From a virus (lineage: Duplodnaviria; Caudoviricetes), in the IMG/VR virus record IMGVR_UViG_3300031466_000001, positions 96,001 to 160,000 of that record: a stretch of DNA of 64,000 nucleotides, one strand, 5' to 3'. Made by a program: the position numbers and the translations under genes. A model generated the notes under the pieces. That model did not search any database. It was not told where the DNA came from and saw only the letters and a list, made by a program, of their open reading frames with translations. Numbering within the stretch: the first letter of the stretch is position 1; each line of letters starts with the position of its first letter. Positions 10,787 through 20,306 of the stretch are shown piece after piece.

Positions 10787-11452
10787 TTATGCACGAATAA
10801 GATTTCCGTTTCTTTCCATTTTGAATCTTTGAGCCCGATTCTCTCCGAGCTCTTTATCAACCATGCTACGAAGCTGCCGGAATGTACTTACGATAGCTTC
10901 GTATTCTGCTCGTTTTTCGTGTAAATCGAGGAGCTCATTTTTCAATGACCTGACCTCTGCAGCGTAATGGCGTATCCTCTCTTCCATTTGCAAGAGCATC
11001 ATTTCGGCAGCCTGTCTACGCTGCTGTTCTTCTCTGATAGTATTACGTAAGATTTTTTCATTCTTTGCGTATTCCTGATTTTGTCCTGTGATAACCTTGA
11101 TAAACAAATTGAGAGAATCTATCTCTTCTCTCAAACGTTCAATCACTCGATCCCGTTCTTCGATCTCTTGTGTGGAAAGAGCATCCGCCTTTTGAGCGAT
11201 TGCTATAGCTTCCATAAGATCTGTTTCGGCAGTTGAAGTATCGGCTTCGAGAATAAGACGATACCGTTCAACTTTACGGAAGCGAGTATAAGCACCAAGA
11301 AGTGCAGACGGAGAAACTCGGATATAGTTCTCCGAAATGATTTTGAACGAAGACGAATTGGAATGTCCTTGTTCCCTGAGCGCTTTCATCAGAGTAAACA
11401 AGTACACGATATCTTCATCATTCCAGCGTTTATTGGTTCGATGATTTTTCAT
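10787..11452 (-). CDS. RsfA/GerR(YlbO)-like transcription regulator
   Basis: N-terminal Myb-like W.DED...L...REQG....F...SE....SA; central coiled coil; C-terminal RFKMERNGNL tail seen in RsfA-family proteins; early motif at 11500-11509. Confidence 0.6.
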   Translation of the reverse strand: MKNHRTNKRWNDEDIVYLFTLMKALREQGHSNSSSFKIISENYIRVSPSALLGAYTRFRKVERYRLILEADTSTAETDLMEAIAIAQKADALSTQEIEERDRVIERLREEIDSLNLFIKVITGQNQEYAKNEKILRNTIREEQQRRQAAEMMLLQMEERIRHYAAEVRSLKNELLDLHEKRAEYEAIVSTFRQLRSMVDKELGENRAQRFKMERNGNLIRA

Positions 11453-11537
11453 AAATGTAAGTCCTCCTATTTTATTAATTATATTGACGATTCATATCTA
11501 TAATATATAATCATCAATTTTGAAAATCCGAAAGGTA

Positions 11538-14204
11538 TTATGAAGCCTTAAAAAGAATATTGACATTCCGATAGTTGTCAATAGAGACATCCGACGTCAT
11601 AATAATATCGACAGGATAATTGTCAAACATGTTGTTATGAGTAATAAGGAAAGTTTGTTCGCAATTAATGACATCAAGAAGAGTCTCAAGTATCCCTATA
11701 AAAGTAGTACGATAACTAGTATCAAGTGTAGAATCAATTTCATCCAAAAGCATAATGTTATAATCTCGAAGGGATTGTACGATCAAAGCAAATGAAATTG
11801 CCAATGAAATAAAAGTCCTTTCACCCTGAGAACATCTTATTGCATCATGTACACGAACTCCTTTCTTAATGTATGGAATACGGAATTCATCTTCGTTGAT
11901 AACAAAATCATCGATCTCCAATGTATCTTGGTAAACCGACTCTAGAAGTTGGTTTACAAACGTTTTAGTACTTTTCAAATATAGCTGAATATACAAAAGA
12001 GGTACACCTTTAGTTGAAGAAAGAGACTCTCTAATAATTTCAACTTCTTCGTATTTTTCTTCGAGAGTTTTTCTCTCCTCATTAAGTGCATTGAACTCTC
12101 TCAGCCTATAATCTATGTCTGCAACCTCTGCTTCAAGTTCAGAGATTTCTCTATCTAAGTCTCGTATAGATACCCTATTTCTTTCAATCAACGATAGATA
12201 ATATTGAATTTTACCATGTGTTTCTTTCTTTTCCTCAATAAGCTTAATCGTTTCCTTAAGTTTTTCCTCTGTTTCAGAAATAAGTTCTTTAATTTTCTTA
12301 AATTGATTGAGATCGGCTAATGAGGATTCCAATAAAGTTATTTTTTTATTCAAATCGTTGCTTTCTTCTTTCAATTTTTCAATGTCCTTTTCTACAGAAG
12401 ATATTTGTTCGTCTAATACAAAAATTTCATTTTGAAGAGATGTCAGTGAAGAACTATTTTTTTCGATGAATTGAAGTTCTTTTTTAGTTTCTTTGATTTT
12501 ATTGTCCAATTCTTTAAATTCTTCATATTCCTCCAAAGCAGATATATAATTAGTGATATAATCCTCATCGTATACAATCGTTCTATTTTTTATAGAATTG
12601 AGAATATTTTTAATATTAAAGAAATCCTCAGGCATTCTTTCGATAAGATTTTTGTTAGATTTAATAACCATAAAAATATACTCGATTTTCTTCATAATGT
12701 CGATATATGAAAGAAGTCGTTCTCTCTCAACCTCTAAAGATTCCAATTCTGCTCGAAGTTTCTTTGAGTGAGATTCTTTGTCTGGAATCTGCTTGTGATC
12801 CTCGTAGAATTTTCGATACGGACATTCACAATTCGTATCATGAGGAACATACAAAACATATACCTTATCCTCATTATTCAAATTGATTTTGAGTCTTTCC
12901 AACTCAGAATGAATACTATTTATACGCCTATCGATTTTATTAACTTCTCTGCGTACAAAAGAATCGACATCCTGGCCTTTATTAAACATATCTACTACAT
13001 CATTAATTGAACTGGAGCTAAACTCATAGACATTTGTTGCAACTTCATTTATTTCCTGAAGTAGAGAAAGAGCCTTCAGCATATCATCTTTTGTACATTT
13101 GGGATTGAAATTTTTAAATTTTTCACCAAGCTTATCCTTTTTCTTATTGAGTTCAAGATAGTAATCACTAAGTCGGTCATATTGCAATTCGGAAGACACA
13201 TATTTTAAATTTTCTTCTTTTTCTTGTTTCTGAGTAATAAGTGAATTTAACTGGGTGAAGAAGAAATCAATTTTACTCTTATTGAGAGAGATACTATTCG
13301 TGTGATTATCTATCAACATAGTTATTTCTTTAATTTTAGAATCGACGTCTCCCTCAATAACTAATACATTACTAGAAATCTTCCCGCCAAGGTCATTAAG
13401 ATGAGTTTTGAGACTGGAATACTCTCTTTCCAGAGATTTTGTCTCTAAAATAAATGAATCCAATCCTTGGGGAATTAAAGATTCAATAAACCCTTGGAGC
13501 TTACCATTTTCACTACCAATTTCGTCACGATGTAAACGAAGTTTAGAGATTTTATCATTCAATTTACTCATTTTTTCACGTTCATCATTTTCATTAAAAA
13601 CCTTAAGTTTTGCAATCTTAAAAGTTACAGTTTTTATCAATGATTTAAGAACACGAGCGTCTTCTCCAACTTTTTTATGTAGCTTAAGATAAAGATTGAT
13701 ATCTTTAAGCAAATCTGACATGAAGTTCTTACGATCACTTGCTTTCATATCTATAAACCCTGATACATTAGATCCAAGACGAAGGAGCCTAAAAAGATCG
13801 GACTCGATTGACAATTCGAGTTCGACAATTTCATTAAACGATTTTACATTTCCATTAGGATTAAGCTCCTTACCATTCTTACTAATGAAACTTTTAATAC
13901 CCTTATCGTTTTTAAACTGATAAAAATGTTTAATAATGTATTCGTTACCATTATGGAGATAATGAATCTCCTTATATCCGTTTTCGCCCTCAAGAATAAA
14001 ATCCTTCCCACTCCTAATATCCATAGAACCTGGATATGCATAAGGATTCAAGAGACTGAGAATACTAGTTTTACCTGAACCGTTTGGTCCAACCAGCAAT
14101 ATAATGCGATTTTTTTGATTAGACAAATCTATCTCAATGTGCTTTTTTCCCATTGCTGTAAAAATCGGTGCTATGTTGGTAGCAATAAGCTTTGTAATTT
14201 TCAT
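11538..14204 (-). CDS. sbcC: SbcC/Rad50-like SMC ATPase
   Basis: Walker A GPNGSGKT, long coiled coils, central Cys motif CECP (possible hook), signature SQGE, Walker B LLDEID, H-loop LITH. Confidence 0.9.
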   Translation of the reverse strand: MKITKLIATNIAPIFTAMGKKHIEIDLSNQKNRIILLVGPNGSGKTSILSLLNPYAYPGSMDIRSGKDFILEGENGYKEIHYLHNGNEYIIKHFYQFKNDKGIKSFISKNGKELNPNGNVKSFNEIVELELSIESDLFRLLRLGSNVSGFIDMKASDRKNFMSDLLKDINLYLKLHKKVGEDARVLKSLIKTVTFKIAKLKVFNENDEREKMSKLNDKISKLRLHRDEIGSENGKLQGFIESLIPQGLDSFILETKSLEREYSSLKTHLNDLGGKISSNVLVIEGDVDSKIKEITMLIDNHTNSISLNKSKIDFFFTQLNSLITQKQEKEENLKYVSSELQYDRLSDYYLELNKKKDKLGEKFKNFNPKCTKDDMLKALSLLQEINEVATNVYEFSSSSINDVVDMFNKGQDVDSFVRREVNKIDRRINSIHSELERLKINLNNEDKVYVLYVPHDTNCECPYRKFYEDHKQIPDKESHSKKLRAELESLEVERERLLSYIDIMKKIEYIFMVIKSNKNLIERMPEDFFNIKNILNSIKNRTIVYDEDYITNYISALEEYEEFKELDNKIKETKKELQFIEKNSSSLTSLQNEIFVLDEQISSVEKDIEKLKEESNDLNKKITLLESSLADLNQFKKIKELISETEEKLKETIKLIEEKKETHGKIQYYLSLIERNRVSIRDLDREISELEAEVADIDYRLREFNALNEERKTLEEKYEEVEIIRESLSSTKGVPLLYIQLYLKSTKTFVNQLLESVYQDTLEIDDFVINEDEFRIPYIKKGVRVHDAIRCSQGERTFISLAISFALIVQSLRDYNIMLLDEIDSTLDTSYRTTFIGILETLLDVINCEQTFLITHNNMFDNYPVDIIMTSDVSIDNYRNVNILFKAS

Positions 14205-14271
14205 AGTTTCATCCTCTCCCAAAAAAATAAAATTCCCTCTGTAGATCTGTTACAGAGGGAATTTTATTTGA

Positions 14272-14505
14272 TTATTCGTCTTTCTCGTTAATTTCTTTTA
14301 CGGCATATTTAACTATTCTGAATGACTCATCGACATATGTGGCACCTTCGATCGGAAGGTGGTCCATTTTTTCAACTTCTTCAATGGCTTCTTCCAGAGA
14401 AGAAGCTTCAATTTCAACAGTATTTTCAACTTCCCAAGTAACTAGGATTTTATATTTTCTTTTGTTTGCATTAATTTCTCCATTAGCGGCGAGTTCTACT
14501 TTCAT
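14272..14505 (-). CDS. Small hypothetical phage protein
   Basis: AAGGAGG RBS before ATG 14505; VEIEASSLEEAIE motif common in phage small proteins. Confidence 0.65.
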   Translation of the reverse strand: MKVELAANGEINANKRKYKILVTWEVENTVEIEASSLEEAIEEVEKMDHLPIEGATYVDESFRIVKYAVKEINEKDE

Positions 14506-14557
14506 TTTTTTCCTCCTTTTTTCCATAATGATTGATAAATATTTTTTCATAATGGTT

Positions 14558-14643
14558 TGGTGCCGAGGAGGGGACTCGAACCCCCATGACCCGAAGTCGC
14601 GGGATTTTAAGTCCCGTGCGTCTGCCAATTCCGCCACCCCGGC
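14558..14643 (-). tRNA. tRNA-Leu(UAA)
   Basis: GCCGGGGTGGCGGAATTGGCAGACGC..GACTTAAAATC..long variable arm..GGTTCGAGTCC..CGGCACCA. Confidence 0.95.
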
Positions 14644-14660
14644 GCGATTAAAATTTAAGT

Positions 14661-14737
14661 TGGTGGGCCCTGCAGGACTCGAACCTGCGACCGATCGGTT
14701 ATGAGCCGACTGCTCTCACCAACTGAGCTAAGGGCCC
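14661..14737 (-). tRNA. tRNA with CAU anticodon, most likely tRNA-Ile2 (lysidine, reads AUA)
   Basis: GGGCCCTTAGCTCAGTTGGTGAGAGCAGTCGGCTCATAACCGA..CCA; body resembles Bacillus Ile2 rather than Met tRNAs. Confidence 0.85.
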
Positions 14738-14748
14738 AGATAGGTATA

Positions 14749-14824
14749 TGGTGCCGCCTGAGGGACTTGAACCCCCAACCATCTGATTACAAGTCAGACG
14801 CTCTACCAATTGAGCTAAGACGGC
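14749..14824 (-). tRNA. tRNA-Thr(UGU)
   Basis: GCCGTCTTAGCTCAATTGGTAGAGC.TCTGACTTGTAATCAGA..GGTTCAAGTCC..GCGGCACCA. Confidence 0.95.
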
Positions 14825-14829
14825 ATATA

Positions 14830-15036
14830 TTACATTATGTGATCTTTTATTGAATAAAAAGATCCATGTTTTATCAACAAGCCATTTTCACACAAACGAT
14901 CCAAATATCTCTTAAGTTTAATTTTGTCTATAGTATCGCTGACCTTATTGTATAATTCTTCAAAAATGAACGGTCTTTTAAATTTAGATATTTCACCGAT
15001 AATCTTTTTTGCTGTATCCAATTTCAACCACCCCAA
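14830..15036 (-). CDS. Small winged-helix-like protein
   Basis: F.FEELY....IDKIKLKRYLDRLCENGLL.K.G..Y wHTH pattern; start uncertain. Confidence 0.5.
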   Translation of the reverse strand: MGWLKLDTAKKIIGEISKFKRPFIFEELYNKVSDTIDKIKLKRYLDRLCENGLLIKHGSFYSIKDHIM

Positions 15037-15170
15037 AGATATATAACACTGGACCCGGAGGAATTTGAATTATCAAATTCCATCAACAGGCCCAGCGGAA
15101 GGTTGGTTTAACTTCTTCAAAGTTTTGTTTGTTTCATTTTTATTTAATATAGGATTAATATCCATTTATA

Positions 15171-15845
15171 TCACAAGAATTCTTCGCTTGAAAGATGAAT
15201 GGGATTTGGAAGAGGATTAATTTTATCAGTTCCATTATCCTCAATGATCATATCCCATCTAACACCAAGAATCTCACACCATATTTTAAAATTCTTTACT
15301 GTCATCTTGGTATTTTTGACGAGACCACTTTTCAGATTATTGAGTGCATGTTGGTTTGTAAATTTGGACTTATAATTTTTGAGATTGACCTTCTTATCGA
15401 TGATAATTCTTTTAACAAGATACTTCAAGAAATCATCATCTTCCTTAATCGTTGGCAACCAAAGCTCTGTATTATTATTAATAACCTCGATATCCTCAGC
15501 GTCGATGAAGCTATCTTTCGAAGTTTCCATCTCTTTGAAGATTTTATCGAGATTAAGTTCATTCACATTATCAATGTGATACTTCTTGGCAGTTTCTTTG
15601 TCATACTCGACAAAGATATAGTTACCCTCACGGTCTTTCCAAATTCCAGCTTCAAGCTTTTCTCCTTGCTTAAAGTCTTCAGGGACCTTTCCCTTATAGA
15701 CATAAACATGCTCACCCTTGATATAGCCGATTCCTTTCTTAAGTTTCATTCCTGGAATGTATATTGTTACTTCATGAAATTCATCATCGACAATTATGTT
15801 GGTTCTGCCTGTAAAAACTCTAACCGTCGTGATTTTTTCAGTCAT
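15171..15845 (-). CDS. Hypothetical protein with C-terminal XRE-like HTH
   Basis: GGAGG RBS; early motif 15865-15874; NNLKSGL....MTVKNF..WCEILG. Confidence 0.65.
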   Translation of the reverse strand: MTEKITTVRVFTGRTNIIVDDEFHEVTIYIPGMKLKKGIGYIKGEHVYVYKGKVPEDFKQGEKLEAGIWKDREGNYIFVEYDKETAKKYHIDNVNELNLDKIFKEMETSKDSFIDAEDIEVINNNTELWLPTIKEDDDFLKYLVKRIIIDKKVNLKNYKSKFTNQHALNNLKSGLVKNTKMTVKNFKIWCEILGVRWDMIIEDNGTDKINPLPNPIHLSSEEFL

Positions 15846-15903
15846 TCATAACACCTCCACAAAGATAATATATAAATATTTACTCAACTATATTATTCGA
15901 TGA

Positions 15904-16638
15904 TCATTCTTTTTTCTCTAGATCGGACATTATATCTGCTTCTTTTACTATTCCTCCAGTTGATTTGACAAATTCCTTCGATGCTTTTTCAAATACACTT
16001 TTCTTAGGTTTCGCTTTAATTAACGGCTTGGTATTTTCTAACTCCCCTGCTTTAATTGCAGAGATATAGTAGTTTATTAACGCTTGAGAATAGACAAAGA
16101 TATTTGTCTGTTTTAATGCATAAAGTAGACTTTCAAATGCATCAATAGGGAGTTCGACAAAATTGTTGTTATTATTTAGGTAAAGAATGACCCCTTCATA
16201 CGAGAGTTCATTTTCGTCATATATTTTAGCAGGCTTTAAAACCATCCTGTTACCATTGCCAAGATTGTAAATTCTTACCACAGCTTTTTCTGCCTCATCG
16301 GAATAAATAACGATTTCATTTTTGGAATTTACTGCAAAAATATTGCCGTTATATATCGAATCAAGCATTTTTTCAAAACCTTTAATAATCTGAATTATAT
16401 TTCTTTCGTTAATAATGATACTTTTATCTTTATCCCATTCGGTATTATCAATCAATTCAAGAGTCAAAAATGATTGGAAATCTAATTTCAAATACGTTTT
16501 TCCTTGAAACGTAAATTCATTGTGAAAATTTTCCACCCTGCCATCTTTTTCTTTTAATAATTTAACATGTATCCTCAATATGAGATTAGCCACAGGCTGA
16601 ATTATAATTCGAGATATTTTTTGCAGATTCTCTAGCAT
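15904..16638 (-). CDS. Hypothetical protein
   Basis: 244 aa, AGGAG RBS, late motif 16684-16695. Confidence 0.75.
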   Translation of the reverse strand: MLENLQKISRIIIQPVANLILRIHVKLLKEKDGRVENFHNEFTFQGKTYLKLDFQSFLTLELIDNTEWDKDKSIIINERNIIQIIKGFEKMLDSIYNGNIFAVNSKNEIVIYSDEAEKAVVRIYNLGNGNRMVLKPAKIYDENELSYEGVILYLNNNNNFVELPIDAFESLLYALKQTNIFVYSQALINYYISAIKAGELENTKPLIKAKPKKSVFEKASKEFVKSTGGIVKEADIMSDLEKKE

Positions 16639-16732
16639 AATTTATTCTCCTTTGAAAAAAATAAGGGGAATTCTACACCCCTTTATTTTTCTGTTTTCAG
16701 TTAAATGGAAAGTAGAATTCCGAGATTACCGA

Positions 16733-17311
16733 TTAGTGTACAACTCCTGCTGATTCAGGTTCTATAAATATATTGGCACCTTTACCAACCTCGAATTTAT
16801 TATCTTCAATTACTTCGTTAATCAATTTATTAAATTGATCGATGCCGAATATTATCGCAAATCTTATGTAATCTTTGTTTCTATCATTTTTAATGGAGTA
16901 GTAAAGCATTCTATTTATAAACCTAGCTCTTTGTAATGATCCATAAAAAATATCGGGGTTAAGGTGATAGTATCTAAGGTGATCTATTATCTTAGGAATA
17001 GCCGTTTCATTCAGCCAATTCAAAAAGGCAAGAGGTATGATTTTAATTGGTGTTAATTTATCCTTCGGAATATCGACTTTATTAACAACCCGTGTTAAAA
17101 GATCTTTGATATCTTTACATTCCCGCGATTTTACATCGAAATAATTGCCAATAAGAACGAAGGTGTAAGCTGCAAATATGTCCACTTCTTTATCAAATTT
17201 AGATAAAGACGGATATTTAATCCCGTATAATGCGCGGGAATCACCATTTTTAATTACATTCCTGATAAATTTTTCATCTTTACGTTTTTCAATAAAATTA
17301 AGAATAGACAT
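16733..17311 (-). CDS. Hypothetical protein
   Basis: 192 aa, AGGAGG RBS. Confidence 0.7.
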   Translation of the reverse strand: MSILNFIEKRKDEKFIRNVIKNGDSRALYGIKYPSLSKFDKEVDIFAAYTFVLIGNYFDVKSRECKDIKDLLTRVVNKVDIPKDKLTPIKIIPLAFLNWLNETAIPKIIDHLRYYHLNPDIFYGSLQRARFINRMLYYSIKNDRNKDYIRFAIIFGIDQFNKLINEVIEDNKFEVGKGANIFIEPESAGVVH

Positions 17312-17386
17312 ACATGGGCCTCCTAATTATTAATTGTATAAAAAATAATCAGGGAACCGCAAAGGTTCCCTGATTTAAATCTATTT

Positions 17387-19060
17387 TTATAGATCGTCGT
17401 CATTATCGTTGATATTTATCCAGACCCTGAGATAACCATTGTCATACTCAGTTCTCTTTATCGACGACATTCTGACAACTTCTCTTAAATTTCTTTCTTG
17501 GTCAAAGAGTTCTTGAATCGTTTCACATTTCTCAAACGGGTCCACGTAAAGAATATCTTTGTTCTGCTCTTTGTGTTTCTTAGACATCTCTTTCTGGAAA
17601 TCGAAAATACCATCCTCAGGTTCATGAGCTCCATCAAAATACAACCCTTCGGTTTTACAGAAAGGCGTGATGATACCAGATGAACCTGGGTCGCTTGTTC
17701 CACAGACGTTGATATCCAATCTTCCCAAATATGATGGGTGGATACCTCTATATTTCATCGGAATATTGTTTTCGTTTTTATTACCAAGAGAGTTTGGACC
17801 TTTCAAGGTAAATCTAAGTTTTGCAAAGAAGTCCATATCATTAATGCGATCATCATACCGAAGCAATCCGGATATATGGAGTTGATCCATCAAAATATTT
17901 CCGGAAAACTTCAAGATTTCTTTTACTTTATCCAGAGTAACTCTGCTACCAGCAGCGATTACCCGATTCATTCTTTCATTAAAAGCTTTTGTCAGCAGAG
18001 ATACAATATATTCATTGCACCTCAAACGTTTATTTGTCAAATCCATGTTATCCTTTTTACGAAGTTCGTTGTAATTTTGGACCATCCAGCGAAGGATGGA
18101 ATAGATGGATTTTTTATTCGAATCGTTGATCTTAAGAATATCTTTCGTCGTTTCATCAAGCATACGCTCAATGAATTTCAGTGTATTTAATCCTTTTTCC
18201 ATGTAGTTATATGAATTGGTAGCGTGCATACTTCCAATCCATTCAATCCAGTAGTTTCTATTATCAAGGTCCTCATAATTCAAACGATTTGTAACAAATC
18301 GCAGAATCATGGACACTATTGATTGCACATATTGATACTTTAGAAAGAAATAACGGTTTACTTCCAAAAATAGTTTATTTTTTATCTTGAAATAGATGTT
18401 ATTCTCTTTATCCCCTTCTTCTTCAACGAATCTAACCACTTTATCAACGCTGAAGAATTTAAGGGTTTTGGTAACACCCATTTTCGCAAAATAAATCAGT
18501 AAAAGGTCTATCTCTTTCCTAAAGATAAGCAAATATGTGGGGGCAGTATAAAAATTACCGTCGGTATCCTCAAACTCCCCTTTAACACGTTTAAGAACTA
18601 CTGGAACCAGAGATTTAAGTGTCAAATTCTGGCGAGTTGTATAGGTAGAAGAATCTACCAATTGATAGAGCAAAAGATATTTCTTACCTTTGATTGTATA
18701 GTAGCCATTTTCGTCAGCTACTGGGATAAGAAGCTTCTTAGTTACGATCGCTTCCTCACCCTTACATTCCAGCTTGAACTTGAGACGAAGCTCCATGTAT
18801 CTGCTATCTTGCATGTACATGTAGCGCGTATCGGATTTCTTTCTGGATTTTTTACGGGTAGTCATATATTCATTGAGATCAATCTCTTTCTCATCCTCAA
18901 TGAATGTATAACCGAGAAATTTAATATATTCAAGGACCTCCAATGATTTACATGCGTTTACAATTAGTTTAATGAGGTCCTCATCGTATTCGCGGGTAAT
19001 GAGACCGTAGTTAATTCGTTTTTCATTTTCGTTTTCATAATTCGCTATGAAATCTCTCAT
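17387..19060 (-). CDS. RNA polymerase beta subunit, N-terminal half (probably non-virion RNAP)
   Basis: GYYTIKGK..L.QL, NKRLR, KGPNSLG, RGIHPSYLGRLD...TSDPG resemble RpoB motifs (RDVHPTHYGR); early motif 19122-19131. Confidence 0.85.
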   Translation of the reverse strand: MRDFIANYENENEKRINYGLITREYDEDLIKLIVNACKSLEVLEYIKFLGYTFIEDEKEIDLNEYMTTRKKSRKKSDTRYMYMQDSRYMELRLKFKLECKGEEAIVTKKLLIPVADENGYYTIKGKKYLLLYQLVDSSTYTTRQNLTLKSLVPVVLKRVKGEFEDTDGNFYTAPTYLLIFRKEIDLLLIYFAKMGVTKTLKFFSVDKVVRFVEEEGDKENNIYFKIKNKLFLEVNRYFFLKYQYVQSIVSMILRFVTNRLNYEDLDNRNYWIEWIGSMHATNSYNYMEKGLNTLKFIERMLDETTKDILKINDSNKKSIYSILRWMVQNYNELRKKDNMDLTNKRLRCNEYIVSLLTKAFNERMNRVIAAGSRVTLDKVKEILKFSGNILMDQLHISGLLRYDDRINDMDFFAKLRFTLKGPNSLGNKNENNIPMKYRGIHPSYLGRLDINVCGTSDPGSSGIITPFCKTEGLYFDGAHEPEDGIFDFQKEMSKKHKEQNKDILYVDPFEKCETIQELFDQERNLREVVRMSSIKRTEYDNGYLRVWININDNDDDL

Positions 19061-19171
19061 CCCAACTTTGACCTCCCAACATCAGTTTTCCCATATCATC
19101 TATTGTAATGTAAGCTAATAAATAATATATAATTTATCACCTCCTCTCTTTTCCAAAAAATCATTTATTTT

Positions 19172-19444
19172 TTAAACCCCTACATTTTCTTCATTGTTTG
19201 TCTGCTTCTCTGATGTATAATTTGCCGTTAACAGATTTTTGAGCCGTGGATCATCTTTTTCGAAAAGTTTCACTATATATCCAGCCACTTCCCTTATGGG
19301 AATAGCCGTGAGTCTATCCTTGTCAACGAATTCCTTAATGGCATCATCTTCATTTATACCCACTCTAAGCCCGACATATTCCAGCCTAGAATAGTCATTA
19401 GTTTCAGCAAGAATCAAAAATACATCCATTTGATTATTATTCAT
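19172..19444 (-). CDS. Hypothetical protein
   Basis: 90 aa, GGGAGGGG RBS. Confidence 0.6.
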   Translation of the reverse strand: MNNNQMDVFLILAETNDYSRLEYVGLRVGINEDDAIKEFVDKDRLTAIPIREVAGYIVKLFEKDDPRLKNLLTANYTSEKQTNNEENVGV

Positions 19445-19568
19445 TGTAAATCCCCTCCCATATTCTTTTAAACAAAAAATTTATTCATTTTAATCAAAAA
19501 GAAATCTTTTTGATTAAAATGAAGGTCCGATGGTGATCTTAATGACCACCATCGGACTTGCGGCCGAA

Positions 19569-19925
19569 TTATTCTTCGGTTTCGTTGTCGTCTTTGACGA
19601 TGAGTTTGAATTCCGGTCCCGGAGTAGCAATCGGGACATAATTGCCTTCTTTTTCTGCGTCTTCAGAGCCGCTCCGATGGCTTACACCGATATCAAGCAG
19701 TCCCATCAGATTGAGGATGTAATCGGTGTCCGGAGCTTTCCGTTCGTTGACGAAGTTGATGGCGCAGAGCAGGAACGCGCGGGCAATCGTCGGAATCCCT
19801 ACAGCATGGGTAATATCAACGCCGTGTTGCTCAAGCAGAAGCTTTTGAGCACGTTCAGCAATCTTCATGATTTCCTTTTCGTTTTCACCAATTTCCACCG
19901 GAGTAAAGCTAGTTTTGTTTCCCAT
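19569..19925 (-). CDS. Divergent, acidic HU/IHF-like protein
   Basis: LNLMGLLDIGVSHR...VPIATPGPEFKLIVK follows the HU beta-arm/alpha3 pattern; AGGAGG RBS; high-expression codons. Confidence 0.5.
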   Translation of the reverse strand: MGNKTSFTPVEIGENEKEIMKIAERAQKLLLEQHGVDITHAVGIPTIARAFLLCAINFVNERKAPDTDYILNLMGLLDIGVSHRSGSEDAEKEGNYVPIATPGPEFKLIVKDDNETEE

Positions 19926-20018
19926 GATTTTTTACCTCCTGAAATTTAGATTCATTAATATGTTAGTAGGTTGATAATAATTTACCAACCTAAACCAACC
20001 AAAGGTTAGTTATTGATT

Positions 20019-20301
20019 TTACTCAGCAAGTTCCATTATATTTCCAATTTGCACGTCTTCGGGGAGAGATGAAACGACATCAGAGATTGTCATTTTTTTT
20101 CCATCTTCCCTTAATTCAATTACAATTTTTCCGACATCTTTGCCGGTTTTTTGATTTATTATATTTTTGAAGAATTCATACACAACACTTGGAAGAACAC
20201 CTTATGGGACATAAAACTTCTCTTCTCCCAATTAATTTTGCCCTGATAACTTTCAGAAGATCATATTCTCCCGAAAGAAGGCCGATTTTCTTACGTCTCA
20301 T
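20019..20301 (-). pseudogene. Disrupted ~93-codon gene downstream of ligase
   Basis: AAGGTGA RBS + ATG; one +1 frameshift (near ATT GGG AGA) and one in-frame TAA, then open to TAA at 20019. Confidence 0.5.
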
Positions 20302-20306
20302 GTTAA

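Noticed and set aside
14506-14637. N-terminal extension of track ORF 14272..14637
   Set aside because: Overlaps tRNA-Leu; the real start is the RBS-bearing ATG at 14505
15060-15165. Short ORF ending Cys-TGA followed by a hairpin (selenocysteine/SECIS-like)
   Set aside because: No convincing RBS, the readthrough product is not protein-like, and no Sec machinery is seen
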